Assembly (NCBI GenBank): GCA_964106915.2
Contig: OZ066914.1
Source: Podarcis gaigeae
Lineage: Eukaryota
DNA length: 64,000 nucleotides
Direction: 5' to 3' (one strand)
This document shows positions 1 to 11,481 of this stretch, in pieces. The notes beneath the pieces were generated by a model. That model saw nothing but the letters and a program-made list of their open reading frames with translations. It had not been told where the DNA came from and made no database searches. Position 1 is the first letter of the stretch. Each line of letters starts with the position of its first letter. Both the position numbers and the translations under genes were made by a program.

Positions 1-44
1 CAATTCTTGATGGCACAGACATCCTAGCATTTGTAAGCCAACTA

Positions 45-335
45 ATACATATAATGTGCTAAAAATCCTTTGGCTTGGTTCAATCCACAAGTGATTGCAT
101 TGAAATTCTTGATCTATTGTAATTCAGCAAGTCTCCCTTTGAACTTCATTTGTTCCGTGGCTACATAGAGACTGGCCTGTTTGTCCTATGTTGAATGCCC
201 AAGGGCATCACTGGCTGGTGATGCAGTAAATCACATTGGAAGATGAGCATGTGAATGAACCCTGCATGTTGTGGCTGGCATTATTAGGTCCTGTAATAGT
301 GTTGACAAAGTTATTATGAGGACAAAGTTTGCATA
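45..335 (-). mobile_element. Degenerate Penelope-like retroelement fragment (GIY-YIG endonuclease region)
   Basis: Minus strand translates CKLCPHNNFVNTITGPNN...GSFTCSSSNVIYCITSQ*CPWAFNIGQTGQSL, then after a deletion AELQ*IKNFNAITCGLNQAKGFLAHY. This matches the CxxC...C.S.NVIY.I.C..C...YIGQTG...GLN signature of PLE endonucleases; in-frame stops present. Confidence 0.8.
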
Positions 336-667
336 TAAGTCTGTCACAGCAGACTTATTTCCAAGGACTTATTTCCTCTTTCCAAGGAAATGAAGGTGAA
401 AAATCCACTACTGTCAGCATATTGCAGACTATTGTGAGAGATCAACAGAATTTAGTTTTAGGGGGTTTAAAAGAAAAAGGATTTTTAGCAATTTCCATCA
501 TCCCTGGCCATGCTTGCTAGGGCCGATGAGAATTCTAGTTCAGCAACAGCTGGAGGGTCAAAGGTTACCACTTCTGCTGCAGAGCAAGGCTGAAATTAAT
601 GTTTTTAAATATGTGGTTTACTCAAGAGTATGGACTACAAGTCTGAGCCCTAATCTTGATCAGATTC

Positions 668-918
668 CAGTCGTACCTCGGAAGTCGAACGGAATCTGTT
701 CCCAAAATCCGTTCAACTTCTGAAACATTCAACTTCCAAAGCGCGGCTTCCGAATGGTTGCAGGAAGCTCCTGCAGCCAATCGGAAGTCGCAGAAGCTCT
801 GTTGGATGTTCAGCTTCTGAAAGAACATTAGAAAACTGGAACACTCACTTCTGGTTTTTGATTGTTCGGGAGCTGAAACATTCGACTCCCAAGGTGTTCG
901 GGAGCTGAGGTACGACTG
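668..918. mobile_element. Tc1/mariner(pogo)-type MITE
   Basis: TIRs CAGTCGTACCTC / GAGGTACGACTG, followed by TA on the right; left TA mutated (TC). Confidence 0.75.
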
Positions 919-1842
919 TAATGAGGTATTTTAATGAGATCTAAACAGAGAGATACCTTAATGGGGGCCACTAGCCTTTGTCTGAGTCAGTTATCTGGAG
1001 TCTGAGTTATTATCTGTTGTTTTTCTGGAAGAGATGGCGCAACATAAACCAAGTGTGGTGACTTTAAAGGCTGCTGCACAAGTTACATTTTAGGTGACAG
1101 TGATATGCATTTAGGATTACATCCTACTGCGTTCAATAGAGCTTGTTTCAGAGTAATCAAGTTTAGGGCTACATGACTGAAGTTGTATTTTTCTATTCTG
1201 AAAACGTAGCATCTATGTTCCAAAATGTGTAATACCTATAACATACTGCAGGGAAGTTCCAGTTGCCATCGATGTTCAGCAGCTTGTTTTCCTGATAGAA
1301 TGTGTGTGCAAAGTCTTTTCGCTTATCACCATGTAACCAACCAATGGTTCTCACCCATATGTGATTAGGAAAAAAATGTTCAGGGTTTAAGCTCCAGATA
1401 GAAATTATTTCTGGCAAGTTTCATTTTAGAAACTGAGACTCTATGTGGGCAGTAGCCTTCTTCCACCTAACAAAACAATAGTAATAAATCCAAACCTATA
1501 CCCTCTGCAATAATGAAAGTTATAGATTGTTAAGGCTAGCATAAACAGAAAGTAGACTGGAAAAGGAAAATGTTCCCATGTATGTAATGCAAAACCTTGT
1601 CTCAAATGTTGAGTCATAGCTAAACTGGTTTAAGGGAGGTGGAGAACGCAGCTCCACTTTTCAAGGATCCCAAAGGGCTGTAAAAGGTAGGAACTGAAAA
1701 TTGGAGGTGGAGTGTTAAAATGAGAGAAGAGGAAGAGAAAAAGGGTTGTTTAAAAACAAAACAAAAAACCCGGAACCAAATTAGGGGATGAGGGAAAGGA
1801 GAAACTTGGCAATAAGAACATGTCTTTTACTGCATCAATAAG

Positions 1843-1991
1843 CAGTGCTTTTTTCCTGGGGGGTATGCAGGGGTACACATACCCCTAAATATTTTGTGAA
1901 TCCAAGTTTGGCCTCATTGAGGGGCAGTATTTCAAAATGAGTAAGAAAATAAGAGTACCCCTAAACATTTTTTTTTAGAAAAAAAACACTG
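1843..1991. mobile_element. hAT-type MITE
   Basis: TIRs CAGTGcTTTTTT / AAAAAAaCACTG; perfect 8-bp TSD TCAATAAG at 1835-1842 and 1992-1999. Confidence 0.85.
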
Positions 1992-2279
1992 TCAATAAGG
2001 CATCTTTTTAAGCATAGGAAGACACCATGGCCTTCAGAAAGGGTGAGTGGGGAAGGGCTGTAGCTCAGCGATAGAGCACATGGAAAAGATGAAGGCGAGG
2101 GAAGATCCCAGCTGGACACCTCAGAGAGCTGCTGCCAGTCTGTGTAAACAGCACTGGGGTAGAAAGGCTAATGGCCTGGGTTGGTACAAGGCAGATTCCT
2201 ATTTAAGACTTCTGGTTTCTCTTCAGACAAACATCTCAGTGCTCTGTTCCTGGAAGCCAACAAACTGGCTGTTTGTGCC

Positions 2280-4260
2280 CAAGGGCGAAGTGGGGCAGCA
2301 GAAAAGGTGAGTCGGCTGTTCCAAGAGCGCAGCGCCAGCAGCCTCGTGAAGGAGTTTCCTCACGGCAGTGCCGAGCCCAGCAAACCACTAAAAAGCAATC
2401 TGGGAAGGAGGACGCCCGGGTGAATCACTGCTTTCTCCTCTTTTGGCAGAGAAAGAGCCCCACAGTCCTTCGACAGGCTTTGCGAGGGCGACTGTGTGTT
2501 CCCTTATTGCCCCATGGCAGAAAACCCTCCGCCTCGATATCCCCGGAGCCTCCTCGGTGCCTGCTTGTTGCTTCAGCCTGAGCTGTGCTCAGCGGCTTAA
2601 AAGGAAAGAGGAGCGACAGGGCCTGCACACCGCACTGGTTGGAATCCCTGCTCGCGTGAGGGCTGCGCCAGAGTCACGCACTCTCCACATGTGCAGAGGC
2701 GCTCCCACTATCCCTCGCCTGTCCCGACTGAAACCCGGCTCCTTCGGAAGCTGAGCCCCGGCTGCGGTTATGCGAATATCACCACCCCATTCCCCCACCC
2801 CGCCGCTTTAAATGTGGCCAGCTCAGCCTCTCCTGTTGCTGCTGGGCAGGGCCTCCCTTCATCCCCACGACGACAGCGGGATAATTGGATCAGAAGCTCC
2901 CTCCCTCTCGGCCCGAGGCAGGAGGGTGGAGGGAGCCTCCTTTTTCTTGCCCAGCGAGCTCGCGCTCCTCGCTCGCTCGCTCGCTCGCCCGCAGCCCAGG
3001 CCTCTTTGCGCGGGAGTCGCGCCGCGCTCCCCTTCGGAGGTCTCCGGGGGGCTGCGTGGGTCCGCCTACCGCCCGGGAGGCGGGCCGGCCTCCCCCCTCC
3101 CCAAACGCTTCGCTGTCCGTCGGACCGCTTGAAATAGGGGGAGGGGCGACGGAGCGAACGAGAGCGAGAGTTTGCGCCGCAGGAGAGGAGCGAGAGGCGG
3201 ATTGATCCGGGCAGGGTGGGCTTGGCGAGGAACGTGCCCAGCCTTTCCCCCCTCGGACGCTTCGCTGGTTGATCCCGGCAAGCCTCAAGGCTCCTCTCCG
3301 AGCGGGAGTCTCCGGAGTAGCAACTTGGAGAGGTAAGTCTCCTAGTAACCTCCTTCTCTCCCTGCGGGCTCTGGACTACTCGCAGCGTCGCCCATTCTTC
3401 TTCTAGCAGGGAAAAGAAAGGGAGATTCTTTTTTGGGTCCCGTGTCCCCCCCCCCCCGTTTTGGGAGGGTGGGACCGAGGAGGTAAGTTCCTTTCTTGGA
3501 GCTGTTCCCGAGCAAGGAGCCACAGGATCCCTGTTCCCTTTTTTGCTGCGCTCGACCTCCTGCTCTGCGTCGTGGAAAAGGCGCTCCGAGCCCTTTCGCC
3601 TCACCAGACAGAGAGCGATTGTCCTCGAGGCAGCAGCTGCGGCAGCTTCGAGAAGGTAACGCAGCAGCGACTCTCGAGGGAGGGGGGGGGAGGATAACTG
3701 AGTCGTCTTTATTTTCCTCTCAGGACGGCTGGCGGGCGCCCGGGGCTGCTCTCGCCCTCTTTCCACCGTCGTCGTCCTCGCTCCCCTCCTCCTCCTCCTC
3801 CCCAGTCAGGGCTGCTGCGCGTGCGGAGGCGGCGGGGCGCGAGCGCGCTTCGGGTCTCCCACGTTGCTCTCTGCGGACATTCTTTCCGCTGGATTGCGCG
3901 GGGGCAGGTAGGTCGTAGCCTCTGTCCGGGGCGAAACTGCCGCCGCCGCACCCACTTCCAAGATCTCTCCGGTGAAGGAGAGTGGGAATGGGGGGCGGGG
4001 AGGCATGGGTTTCTTATAACGGGAGGGAGGGACAGACGCGCTCGCCAACTTCTTCAGTTTTAAACATTAGGAACTGAGGATTTGGCAGCGTTCTGAACAG
4101 GTTTGTTTCATACTTGTGCTCCTCTCCCTCCTCCTCCCCCCTTTCCTGTCATCGCTAAGGCCGATAACTTTCGGGTGGGAACCCCTCTGCTAGGGAGCAC
4201 CCTCGTCCGATTGGTGCGGAACCGGGCTCGGGCGCGGGAGATAAGATGACAGAGTTCCTT
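2280..4260 (+). promoter_or_regulatory. PACSIN3: CpG island / PACSIN3 promoter with candidate non-coding first exon(s)
   Basis: Dense CpG and high GC; splice donors GAG|GTAAGT at 3333 and 3483, AAG|GTAACG at 3656, CAG|GTAGGT at 3908. It is the only CpG island upstream of the PACSIN3 ATG exon in this window. Confidence 0.75.
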
Positions 4261-7200
4261 TGTGAAGGAGGATCTGGTGCGAGCTGCTTCCCACAATGAA
4301 ACTGGAAGCCACGGGCCTTGCAGGGGAGTTTAGCAAGAGGGGCTGCCAAAGAGAGTAAAAGCCACTAGGATCCCTCCCTCCACACTTATCATCCCCCCCC
4401 CATCTACAACTTGATGTTTGAAGGTCTGGGTAAAAACGCTTCTGCTTAGCCACCAAAATGAAATTTCCTCCAGCAGGAGATGGCTGAATATTACAGTTCT
4501 GGGCCGACCGATTCGATTTGTTTAAAAGGTGGGGTGCCAAATAAGAGTATAACACACAATTGGTGATATCAAATTAAGTCATACTCTGAGTAGAGCCATT
4601 TACTGTAGTCTAAAATTTAGTTGTTTGTAATATATAGATTGGATTTTTAAATTAATTTTGTATTTAAAGCTTTGGGAATTTCGACTGGAAAGAAGGGGTG
4701 GGACAGTTTCAAGATGTATAGCTTGTACACTACAGAATTAAAATGGAAGTAGCAAGCCTTGCCAGCAGAAGGTGAGATGCAAACAGCTGCAGTATTACTG
4801 CAGTTTCGTGCTGGGAGGAAAAAGTGGAAGGTCCTTTTGTAGATGCTGAGGATATTATCTCTGTTCGGTTGAGTGGCATTTTGTTGACAACTGAGGTATG
4901 GACATGCAGACACCAGGGGTTGCTCTCTGAACCTGTGTGATCTTGTTACCTGGCTCCACAGATATTTTTATTTTTATTTTGGGTAACTCTGTCCACGAAG
5001 GAAAGAAGCTAATATGCTGTGCTGATATTCTTGTACAGGGAACTTAATACTGGATTTCTGTTGTAGCAAGAGAGAAAAGACCATCTGTGGTTTGTCCTTT
5101 CTTGGTCATGGAAGAGGTCAGAAGCTCCTCAAAGGAAATGTCAGAGGAGCTTTGCAAGCTGTACAAACCGTGAACCAGTATAACAGCTTTCTGTGCCAGC
5201 TAAATTTTCCCTACTTGTTGCACTTAACACGATCTATTTATTTGAAGGGCTGGTCAAAAGGAGGAGGGAGAAAGCCACATGCAGCTTCAAATTTGCCCTT
5301 CTGGATTTCTCATACAGCAGATGGCTTCCAAAAATCACAAATACCAGGGACAGTAAAGTCAGCCATGATCCTATTTGCATGGAAATGTGTGAGGTTTTTA
5401 CCGATGGATAATATACTGTAACTCTCAAATGCCTCCCATAGTATTAGAGTTAAAACCTTGCTTTAAAAGGCATATGTTCATTCCACTAAACTTTACCTTG
5501 AATAATATTAAGAGGATTTGCAATTATGAAGCAGAGCGTTAAGCAAATGCTGGATAGAACTGACTGTTTCTAGGTGTGAGCCAATTGCTAGGTGGAGCAA
5601 GAATGGAATTTCTGCTACTGCATTACAGAGTTAGATGCATTGTGGCTCAGGGGAGCTTTGTTTTGCCTCTGGGTCTTCTGACAGTTCTGGCTGTTGAAGA
5701 AACTTAAGGGCTGCTTAAGTTGACACACATGGTTGCCAGTTAGGAAGTAGAAATGTGTGAAATGCACCATAACTGTCTGTTCTGCCATCAGTTTTGGCTA
5801 TTTTATTTTTTGAAATAGTCTTCTTCATACAAAATAATCCCTTCAGCATGCCAAACACAAGTGAGCGTTGCTGCTTCTCAAACCACTTTGATGTCTGCTA
5901 GGTGTAGGACCCCAGGTGCTGTGAGGTATAAGATTGCTCCTCTGTTTCCACCAGCCTGACTTTTACTCTCTGCAGAACCATGTTGCTGTTTGCCCTAAAC
6001 CAGTGTATGGGAGAAACTAGAATAGGCGCACAAACTTTGTGGATTGCAGGACGCTTGCAAAGTTAACTAGTAGTTTGTCTCAGTTCCTTACACCTTAACT
6101 GCAATACTTGTTCAATATAAATTGATGTAATAAACTCACCCTGGAAACAACTGGAATAAGGGAAAATGAGACAAATATACTAAGCTATTTCCAGAGGTAC
6201 AAGGTAGCTTTTGGCACGATAAACTGTGATATTCAGTTCTAGGTCAGTCTTTGATGCTTCTTTGCACTGTTAGCATATGTAATCAAGTAACTGAGATCTT
6301 AAAACTTTGCATGTTTGGGGCCTCGTGCTCAAACAGAAACCAACCACTGGTTTTATCACTTAGCATCACCCCAGGAGATCTGTAAATCTTTAAAGCAGGC
6401 TGAATACACTATTCTAAAGCAGATCTTTCCTCTTACCCTCCTGTCAGGGGACCTAACATTTTAGGCCCATTTACCAGGTTTAATTGAAATAAGGGTTGAA
6501 TTCCATTATCTTCATATGCCAACCTGAAACATAGTTTGATTAGCTGAAGAAAAACATCCTGGCGGAGGGCACGTTTCACTGCCTTGTATAGCAAATGGGT
6601 CAGTTCCTGACCTGGGAGACCATGGAAGCCCTAGAAGCTCAAAAAGAAGTCATAACATGTATAGCGGCATTTAGGAATGGAGCATGTATGTGTAGTGATG
6701 AGTTTACAAGGTTTAAGATAAAGAGGCATTATCTTTTGCAAGTTACTATGCATGTATTTGTTTATTATTTGTGCTCTGCTCTTCACTGAATGGTCCCAGG
6801 GTGAGTTACAAAAATAACGCAATTAAAACAGGGACAAATATATATTAAAACCAGAAAATAAAACAACTAGCCAATGACAAAATGAACAAAACATCACAGA
6901 ATAATAATGCAGGAGGAGGAAAAACACCTACCCAAAAACACCCTATTTACAGAGGGGTGACCCTCCAACAAGTTGCTTCTTGATGCTGCAATATGCCCCT
7001 TGTGGGGGGTTGTCATCCCACAACCCGGACATCTTCTGGACCAAAGCTGCCATATTGTGCATTTGTGGGCATTTCATAACTTATGCTGTGCACATACTTT
7101 GTGCACTGGGTATCCCAAGTACGAAAGTAATCAATTGCTTGATCTGTGTGTCAATAGTGAGAAACGTACGTGTGGCCTGTACTGATTAATATATTTGAAG

Positions 7201-8067
7201 GAAACGGTGACTAATCTATCCTGTTTTAGTACAGTATTGTAAATCTGTTCTGCTTTAGCATTGTAAATGTGTATCCTTATGCCATTCCTCCTCTCTCTAC
7301 TGAACTCCTTTCCTAAAATACTTTTTCTTGCTGGAAAAGATAAGCCTCCCTTATCCATTCCTGCTGAATGGAATGCTCTATTGCCCATTTGGAATGGTGG
7401 CTTTTGGCTTCAGTGAGTGAGGAGGGAAAATGGGCAAGGGAAGCTGGTCAGGGAAGCTGTTGGAATGCTAGTGATAGGAGGGTGGTTCTCTGCCTTACTG
7501 CCACCCAATTATTTTATATGATTTGCGCTGTATTTGTGATGCTCTATTGTTTTATTTTGTTTGTGTTATTTATCATTTGTAAGCCCCTTTGCAATTCATT
7601 TGAATGAAATGTGGCATAGAAAAATAATAAATCAAATCAATCAAATCCTGGCCACTACCGCCTACAAAAAAAATCACACACATTCAGCATGGTAGGGAGA
7701 TGACACTGGACTATTCTACAGGGACACATTTGGCAAGCTAGCGTAGCCCATGCTCTCTCAGCCATATTTCCACATTATTATATATGTATAATAAATATAC
7801 TCTTGTGGGATCACTTTTCTTTGGCATGAAGTAAGAGTTGAAAGATCATGAACTCTTGTCTTTATTGCTACATTTTTGTTTTTAGTAGACATATTAGTGC
7901 CTGTTCACAGCCACACAAAAATCCTGGATGATAATAATGTGGGACAGCAATCAGTTCTCCACCAGGAAAGACCAAAAAAGGGCTTAATTAAAATTGAATC
8001 AGGAAGTTCCTTCTCCATACTTCTCTTTGTTGAACTGAGTAGCTCTGCTTCTTTGAATATCAGTCAT

Positions 8068-8303
8068 TGTTATAGTGGTTAAGAGTGGTAAGATTCGTAA
8101 TCTGGGGAACCGGGTTCGTGTCTCCGCTCCTCCACATGCAGCTGCTGGGTGACCTTGGGCTAGTCACACTTCTTTGAAGTCTCTCAGCCCCACTCACCTC
8201 ACAGAGTGTTTGTTGTGGGGGGGGGGGAGGAAAGGAGAGTGTTAGCCGCTTTGAGACTCCTTCGGGTAGTGATAAAGTGGGATATCAAAGCCAAACTCTT
8301 CTT
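8068..8303 (+). mobile_element. tRNA-derived Squam3/POMU-type SINE
   Basis: A-box-like TAGTGGTTAAG, B-box-like GGTTCG, CORE-like gggtgaccttgggctagtcac, and a CTCTTCTT tail. Confidence 0.75.
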
Positions 8304-9411
8304 GCAAACACTGAAATGTGGGAGCAAACCTGTTTCTGACTAAAGAAGTGCTTTATTTTTTAACAGGGTAGCTGGGGATTATGGTCCATTTGTGGGGTGC
8401 TGCTTCGCTTGTGAATTGTACCTCAGATGCTCCAGGCTAAACATGTAGTGTTAGATGAGCCAAGGCTAGCCTCATTCTGCAAATCTGCTGTGATTTTTCC
8501 CCCCGTTAAAAAAAACCTTTTGGGTGCTTTAAATAAAACTGAACTGATCGGTGCTGCTTGTCATTAAAACAACATTCTTCTACACTTGAACTAAACATGC
8601 CCAAGGCACTAATTGCATTACTTCCAACTTCCTGATGAATTCTAGAGGTAGCCTGTCTAGTATTCTCCATGCTGGGTTTGTTCATACAACACCTGGAGAC
8701 ATATTCTTCCTGCATAACAAAAACATTTCTGCATTTAGACAGAGATGGATGTTGGAAGGCAAGAAAACTCAAGCTCTTTCTGGCCAGGATCTGGCATTAA
8801 TATGCTAGCAACATAATATGATAGTACAGTATTAGTGTATGTCTTCTGTTGAGATGGATATGTATCAGTTGGGTAAAAGCTGAAGTACAAAGTCAGCTAT
8901 TGGGAACCATACAAAACAGCAAAGATGTCTTAGGGCAGCAGCTACTACTTTGTTTACAAAGCTTTATAGAGGCTTCAGTAAAATCCACCTTAAAGGTGAA
9001 GGCCTTGCTATAACTATATATGGGAAAGCTAAAAACAGTGGTCTGTCCTATGGAACTCAGTTGAATTGCTCATACTGATGTTCTTATTGCCTGCTGCTAA
9101 CCTTTAATGTTTGAAAATCTGTACACAACTTTCTGTAGGTATATTTACAATGGTATAAATAACTAGACATGGTAGCTGCTTCATTCAAGAGCAAAATGTT
9201 GAGTTGAATGAGGTGACTAGTGAAGCTATACAGGATTTTCATTCTTCTGTTTGATTCTTAAACTGCATTCTCAGTTATACGTTGTATAACTTAAACTTAA
9301 ACCAAACTTAAAACCATGGAGAGACCTGGTCTGAACAAAGACCTTGGATTCTTATCTCATTATACATGACAAAGCCATTTTTCACCTTCTCACCCCTTGC
9401 TTTTTCCTGTA

Positions 9412-9645
9412 AGACCTATTGCAGTCGTTAAGAGTCGTCAACAGGCTCATCACAGCTATCTGCCAATCACCCATTCCCACCACCCTTCTGAGTAATACCC
9501 CTCCCCACCTTCTCACTATATAGAAGGGTCTGGAAACTTCTGTTTCAGTGTATCTGAAGAAGTGTGCATGCACACGAAAGCTCATACCAAGAACTAACTT
9601 AGTTGGTCTTTAAGGTGCTACTGGAAGGAATTTTTTTTGTTTTGA
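9412..9645 (+). mobile_element. Penelope-like element terminal (pLTR/3') fragment
   Basis: Characteristic ctgaagaagtgtgcatgcacacgaaagctcat...ttagttggtctttaaggtgctac end motif of reptile PLEs; boundaries approximate. Confidence 0.7.
9550..9587 (+). ncRNA. Minimal type-I hammerhead ribozyme motif (PLE-type)
   Basis: GTAT-CTGAAGA-a-GTGTGCATGCACAC-GAAA-GC-TC^ATAC: core CUGANGA/GAAA/UH, stem I GTAT:ATAC, palindromic stem II, palindromic AGCT stem III. Confidence 0.6.
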
Positions 9646-10277
9646 CGTTGTATGGGTTGAGCTTCGTAGATTATCAGTTAAAAAACCTATTCTGTTTTCT
9701 AAAGAAAGGTATTATTGAGATGCTGTATTGCGGGATTCCAGATCCTGAGACTGGATATTCTGTGAAATACTTTTTCTTTTTGGGGGACAGAAAATAAAAA
9801 AATTCAAATTTAGACTGAACTGGAACAGATATGCTTGTTGCTTATACGGTTGAGAAGTTTTCTTCTCAAGTGGCTGTGCTTCCTTTAAAACCAAGATGAG
9901 CACTCTCTGGTCCTCCTGATGATATTGGACTCCATCCCCCAACATGCCTGACCATGGGCCATGCTGGCTGGTGGGAGCTGTGGGGCCACAGGTTCCCCAT
10001 CACTGCTGTAAAACAAGGATGGCCAACTGGTGACCTGTGAGTGACCTCCAGTCCTGAAATTAACTTTTTTTCAGGCCCCTATTAAATTTCAATCATGATA
10101 ATAGTAACATATTTTCTAAAGTTTTCCTTTTGAAAAGGAAACAGTTTTCAAAAGTTGCAAGATGTCATACTGCTATAAATACAAAAGCTAAAGAGAGATG
10201 CAGTTCTCGGCCACGTGCGCTATGACTTTGGAGCCCTTACTGTTAGACGATGCCAACTATGTTGCAGGACCTGAATG

Positions 10278-10523
10278 CAGTGGTACCTCTGGATGCGAGC
10301 AGGATCCGTTCTGGAGCCCTGTTCGCATCCAGAAGCGAATGTAACCTGCGCCTGCGCAGGTCGCGATTTGCTGCTTCTGCGCATGCGCGTGATGTCATTT
10401 TGACCGTCTGCGCATTCGCGAGCGGTGAAACCTGGAAGTAACACGCTCCGTTACTTCCGGGTCGCCGCAGCGCACAACCTGAAAATACTTATCCCGAAGC
10501 TGCTTCAACCCGAGGTATGACTG
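10278..10523. mobile_element. Tc1/mariner(pogo)-type MITE, CpG-rich subfamily
   Basis: TIRs CAGTGGTACCTC / GAGGTATGACTG; TA TSDs degraded. Confidence 0.65.
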
Positions 10524-11173
10524 TCCTGATAAAATGTTCAGACTAACCTGCCAAATAAATTTCGGGCTCCAGCCCACCATCTGGAGAGTATAGTGACTCC
10601 TGAGACTATAGAAGTTGGCCTTCCCTTCTCTAACCTTTACACTGACATTACATGGGTATGGATTGCTATATGTGGTGTAAAGAAGGCAGAGGTCAGAATA
10701 CTGGCAAGCTGCCCACATCTCTCTCTAGTCATCTGTGTCAGCACTTGCCTCGCATAATCCACAGCCTTCAAAAGAGGTAGCTGAACACAGTATTGACCAC
10801 ACAATGCCTCCTACACAGTAGTTTCTAGTCAATTACAGGGCCAGTTTCTGCTTGCTAGTACTGAGCTGTCATATCAGTAGACTAGCATAGGGTAGGTTTA
10901 AATCACTGACATCAGAACTATACTAGAAAATATATGGGATTGACTTAAAAAGTGTTTTTCTTTTTATTTACAATGTTGTAGTGTTCACTGTTGCTGTAAC
11001 GTGCCTTGATGATGCAAATGAACTGCTCTGATCGGTTGGTAACCTTTTACGTAACTAACTTTATCACAAGTTAAGACAAGTTCTGTGTTCTACAAGGTCT
11101 GAAAAAGCCATTCTGGGAATAGGCTTGGTAAATATCTTAAGGTCACACAAAAATGAGAATGTAAGAAAGGTTG

Positions 11174-11200
11174 TCTATCATCTATCTATCTATCTATATC
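11174..11200. repeat. (TCTA)n microsatellite
   Basis: tctatcatctatctatctatctatatc. Confidence 0.6.
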
Positions 11201-11241
11201 TACTGTTTTCAGATGCCCTCTAGCAGATAATAAGCCTAGGG

Positions 11242-11481
11242 CAGTGGTCAGCAAACATTTTCAGCAGGGGGCTGGTCCACTGTCCCTCAGACCTTGTGGG
11301 GGGCTGGACTATATTTTGGAGAAAAAAAATGAACGAATTTCTATGCCCCACAAATAAACCAGAGATGCATTTTAAATAAAAGCACACAGTCTACTCATGT
11401 AAAAACACGCTGATCCGCGGGCCAGATTTAGAAGGCGATTGGGCCGGATTCGGCCCCTGGGCCTTAGTTTGCCTACCCATG
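11242..11481. mobile_element. hAT-type MITE (same family as 46730-46980, opposite orientation)
   Basis: Ends CAGTGGTCAGCAAAC / GTTTGCCTACCCATG; perfect 8-bp TSD GCCTAGGG at 11234-11241 and 11482-11489. Confidence 0.85.

Noticed and set aside
1-1450. Possible DDB2 exons (mammalian neighbour of PACSIN3), including the 74-aa ORF at 1193..1417
   Set aside because: No DDB2-like peptide recognised; the 5' end is explained by a Penelope relic and a MITE.
2443-4349. Many overlapping ORFs, including 332 aa at 2768..3766 (-)
   Set aside because: Low-complexity Arg/Pro/Gly/Ala products expected from stop-poor CpG-island DNA.
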